Source of the DNA: Candidatus Bathyarchaeota archaeon
GTDB lineage: Archaea > Thermoproteota > Bathyarchaeia > Bathyarchaeales > Bathycorpusculaceae
NCBI GenBank assembly: GCA_963827165.1
Contig: CAWGZR010000003.1
Span: forward strand, 192,001 to 256,000
Length of the DNA stretch: 64,000 nucleotides
Direction: 5' to 3'
The position numbers and the translations under genes are program-made. Shown piece after piece: positions 61,697-64,000 of this stretch. Each line of letters begins with the position of its first letter. Within the stretch, counting starts at the first letter, position 1. The notes beneath the pieces are model-generated. The model was not told the origin of the DNA. It made no database searches and was given only the letters and a program-made list of their open reading frames with translations.

Positions 61697-62026
61697 TTGT
61701 GTGCCCTCAAATACGCAGTGAAACTTTGGATGGTCAACGAGAAGAATGAATCAGTTTTCGGCGACGGCTTAGCTGAGCTTCTTGAAGAGATAACTAAATG
61801 TCATTCAATCTTGAAGGCTGCCGAAAATTTAGGGATGTCTTACCGATATGCATTGCACCGGATCACTCTGGCTGAGGGGCGCCTTGGGCAATTACTTGTA
61901 ATTCGTGTTCGGGGCGGCGCGATGGGCGGCGGGTCTTCAGAGGTTACCGATTTAGGATTAGACTTGGTTGAGCGTTATAGGAATGCTCAAGCGAAGCTTG
62001 ACGTGGAACTGAAAGAGATGCCCTAA
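61697..62026 (+). CDS. ModE-like winged-helix regulator
   Basis: FGDG..ELL..I....SI.KAA..LGMSY, RGG..GGGS. Confidence 0.88.
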   Translation: MCALKYAVKLWMVNEKNESVFGDGLAELLEEITKCHSILKAAENLGMSYRYALHRITLAEGRLGQLLVIRVRGGAMGGGSSEVTDLGLDLVERYRNAQAKLDVELKEMP

Positions 62027-62162
62027 GTTAGTCGGGGCGCAGGCGAAACTTTCTAAAACATCTTGAGAATTTTTCGCTATTTTTATTCGTAGTTGTGTGC
62101 TGTTTGCAAGAAACCTTTATAAAAGCCGACTTTACTGACTGATAACATCGAGTACGATAAAA

Positions 62163-63191
62163 ATGAATACGAAATATCTCGCAATAGCATTAGTAATCAT
62201 AATAATCGTAGGTTCAGCACTTGGATATTTGGCATACAACGGAACATTCTCACCTAGCTCCAAAGTCTCCCCAACGCCATCACCCGCACCAACAACATCG
62301 CCAACCCCTTCGATAGCGCCAACAGCCACGCCGACACACTCGCCCACAGCAAAACCCAGCGCAACGCCGACAGCTTCCCCTATAATTACGGCGTCTCCTT
62401 CACCAACACCGTCGCCATCCCCGTCACCCACTTACGCGCCTTCAAGCTTGACAGTTTTCGCAGCCTCAAGCTTAACTAATGTCATCGCAAACATGACCGC
62501 TGCATTCCAAAACGAGTACAACGCCAAAATCACAGTCAACTCTGGTTCATCAAGCACCCTCGAACAACAAATCGTTGCAGGATCACCATGCGACGTTTTC
62601 ATGTCAGCAGACACTAAATGGACTAACGCTCTAAACAGCTCAGGTTTATTATTAAACAACAACGCAACAGCATTTACCTCAAACAGCCTCTGCGTAATCC
62701 TTCCACCAGGCAACCCCGCGGGAATTACATCACTGGCGGATCTTGCTAAACCAGGCATAACGACTAGTTGTAGCAGCAACCAGCGTACCAGTAGGCTCAT
62801 ACACAAACACAACCGTATGGAAAATTGACTCAACATGGGGCAACTCAAGTAGCCCTCTCTACCAAGGCACTGCTTACCAAAATTACAACGCCAGCTTCTA
62901 CGCTAACGTTAAATCCTATGAAACTTCCGATTCAAACATCGTAGGAGACGTCGGTCTAAACGTAGGCCAATTTGACGCTGGAATAGTGTTTGTCTCCGAC
63001 TGGTCATACGCCAACTTGACAGGCTCAGGAGTTCAATTCATGGCAATACCTTCAGCTGTGAACACTTAGGCAACTACGGCATAGCTGTAGTCAGCGAAAC
63101 AAACAACGCGAACATAGCTCAGATATTCATGAATTACTGGAGCACAACTGACGGACAAAACCTGTTAAAGGAATTCGGGTTCGGACAATAA
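62163..63191 (+). CDS. modA: Molybdate/tungstate ABC transporter substrate-binding protein ModA (at least 2 frameshifts)
   Basis: N-terminal TM, P/T linker, FAASSL, SS..L.QQI..G.P.DVFMSAD; later frames give VPVGSY and DAGIVFVSD; stop at 63191. Confidence 0.85.
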
Positions 63192-63251
63192 AAGTGCGTA
63201 TATTAAGCGCTTGCCCAACCTTTTTTTATATAGTCAATCGGTGCGAAAATA

Positions 63252-64000
63252 TTGAAACACACATTTGCTAAATCGTTACCGGACAAGATTATAATTGCAA
63301 TTTTGATTCTCATAGTGATAACATACTTTCTTTTTGTAGTTTTACCAATAGTAGCGATTTTCTTAAGAATCGAGCCCAGCCAAGTAAATGCACAGTTGCA
63401 CAACGGCGCAATCATAGAAGCCATAGAACTTAGCCTTTATACGTCGGGAATATCCGCTTTAATTGCGTTGGTCTTAGGGGTGCCGACTGCTTATGTCATG
63501 GCAACACGAAATTTCCCTGGAAAAGCAATCATTGACACTCTGATAGATTTGCCCATAGTTTTGCCGCCTGCAGTCGCAGGTGTAGCATTGTTATACGCTT
63601 TCGCACCAAAAGGTCTCTTAGGCCCAATATTCAAGCACTTTGGATACATTCTGCCTGGGAGCACAGTAGCTGTAATCATCGCGGAAACTTTTGTGGCGTC
63701 CCCGTTTCTTTTGCGCTCTGCCAAAACGGGTTTTGAAGCCATGGATAAAGACGTTATTAACAGCGCTAAAATGTTAAGTGGTTCGCGTCTTAGAGTATTC
63801 TTCACTGTCACATTGCCCTTGTCCATGCGAGCGATAATTTCGGGGGCTATGATGACTTGGGCGAGAGCATTAGGCGAATTTGGAGCAACACTAATGTTCG
63901 CAGGAAACTTACCAGGCATTACCCAAACAATGCCGTTGGCAATCTATGTGTTCTTATATTCAGACCCTTTGGCAGGTGTCATGCTATCCATAATCCTAAT
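63252..64000 (+). CDS. modB: Molybdate ABC transporter permease ModB (runs off the window)
   Basis: FPGK..IDTLIDLPIVLPPAVAGVALL, WARALGEFGAT, TQTMPLAIY. Confidence 0.92.
   Translation, partial: MKHTFAKSLPDKIIIAILILIVITYFLFVVLPIVAIFLRIEPSQVNAQLHNGAIIEAIELSLYTSGISALIALVLGVPTAYVMATRNFPGKAIIDTLIDLPIVLPPAVAGVALLYAFAPKGLLGPIFKHFGYILPGSTVAVIIAETFVASPFLLRSAKTGFEAMDKDVINSAKMLSGSRLRVFFTVTLPLSMRAIISGAMMTWARALGEFGATLMFAGNLPGITQTMPLAIYVFLYSDPLAGVMLSIIL

Noticed and set aside
306-63191. Frameshifts in DUF429, yjbQ, MCP, the 51.7-kb surface protein and modA as programmed frameshifting or mass pseudogenisation
   Set aside because: Scattered single-base indels in unrelated genes with otherwise intact motifs are best explained by long-read consensus errors; no shared slippery signal was seen.
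1061-63919. Many antisense or overlapping 60-150-aa ORFs in the track (for example 28299-28760, 59459-59887, 63491-63919)
   Set aside because: They are shadows of well-supported genes on the opposite strand and show no protein motifs.

Overview
Archaeal chromosome segment, most consistent with Bathyarchaeia (TACK): a Cren7-like gene, rpl38e, tsr3, Hjc, archaeal tRNAs and BRE/TATA promoters. Scattered single-base indels split otherwise normal genes and suggest an imperfectly polished long-read assembly. Four blocks. (1) 0-27 kb: housekeeping and accessory genes separated by unusually long non-coding stretches. These carry a family of three different 30-bp boxes at fixed spacing, seen only at 9-20.4 kb, plus ORB-like sites in a 2.9-kb gene-free gap. 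(2) 27.5-38.3 kb: a full chemotaxis set (soluble MCP, cheB/W/A/R/C/D/Y, REC-CheC fusion, an orphan gene, a TrmB regulator). (3) 38.4-53.4 kb: a type IV filament locus (ATPase, TadC/ArlJ-like platform, minor pilins) with four tandem major pilin paralogues whose middles are hypervariable. No arlF/G/H or cheF was recognised. (4) 53.5-64 kb: a LysR-DsrE-TusA-double-cubane protein-SelD cluster, PhoU, NfnAB and ModE-ModAB. All calls come from reading motifs by eye; no searches were run.
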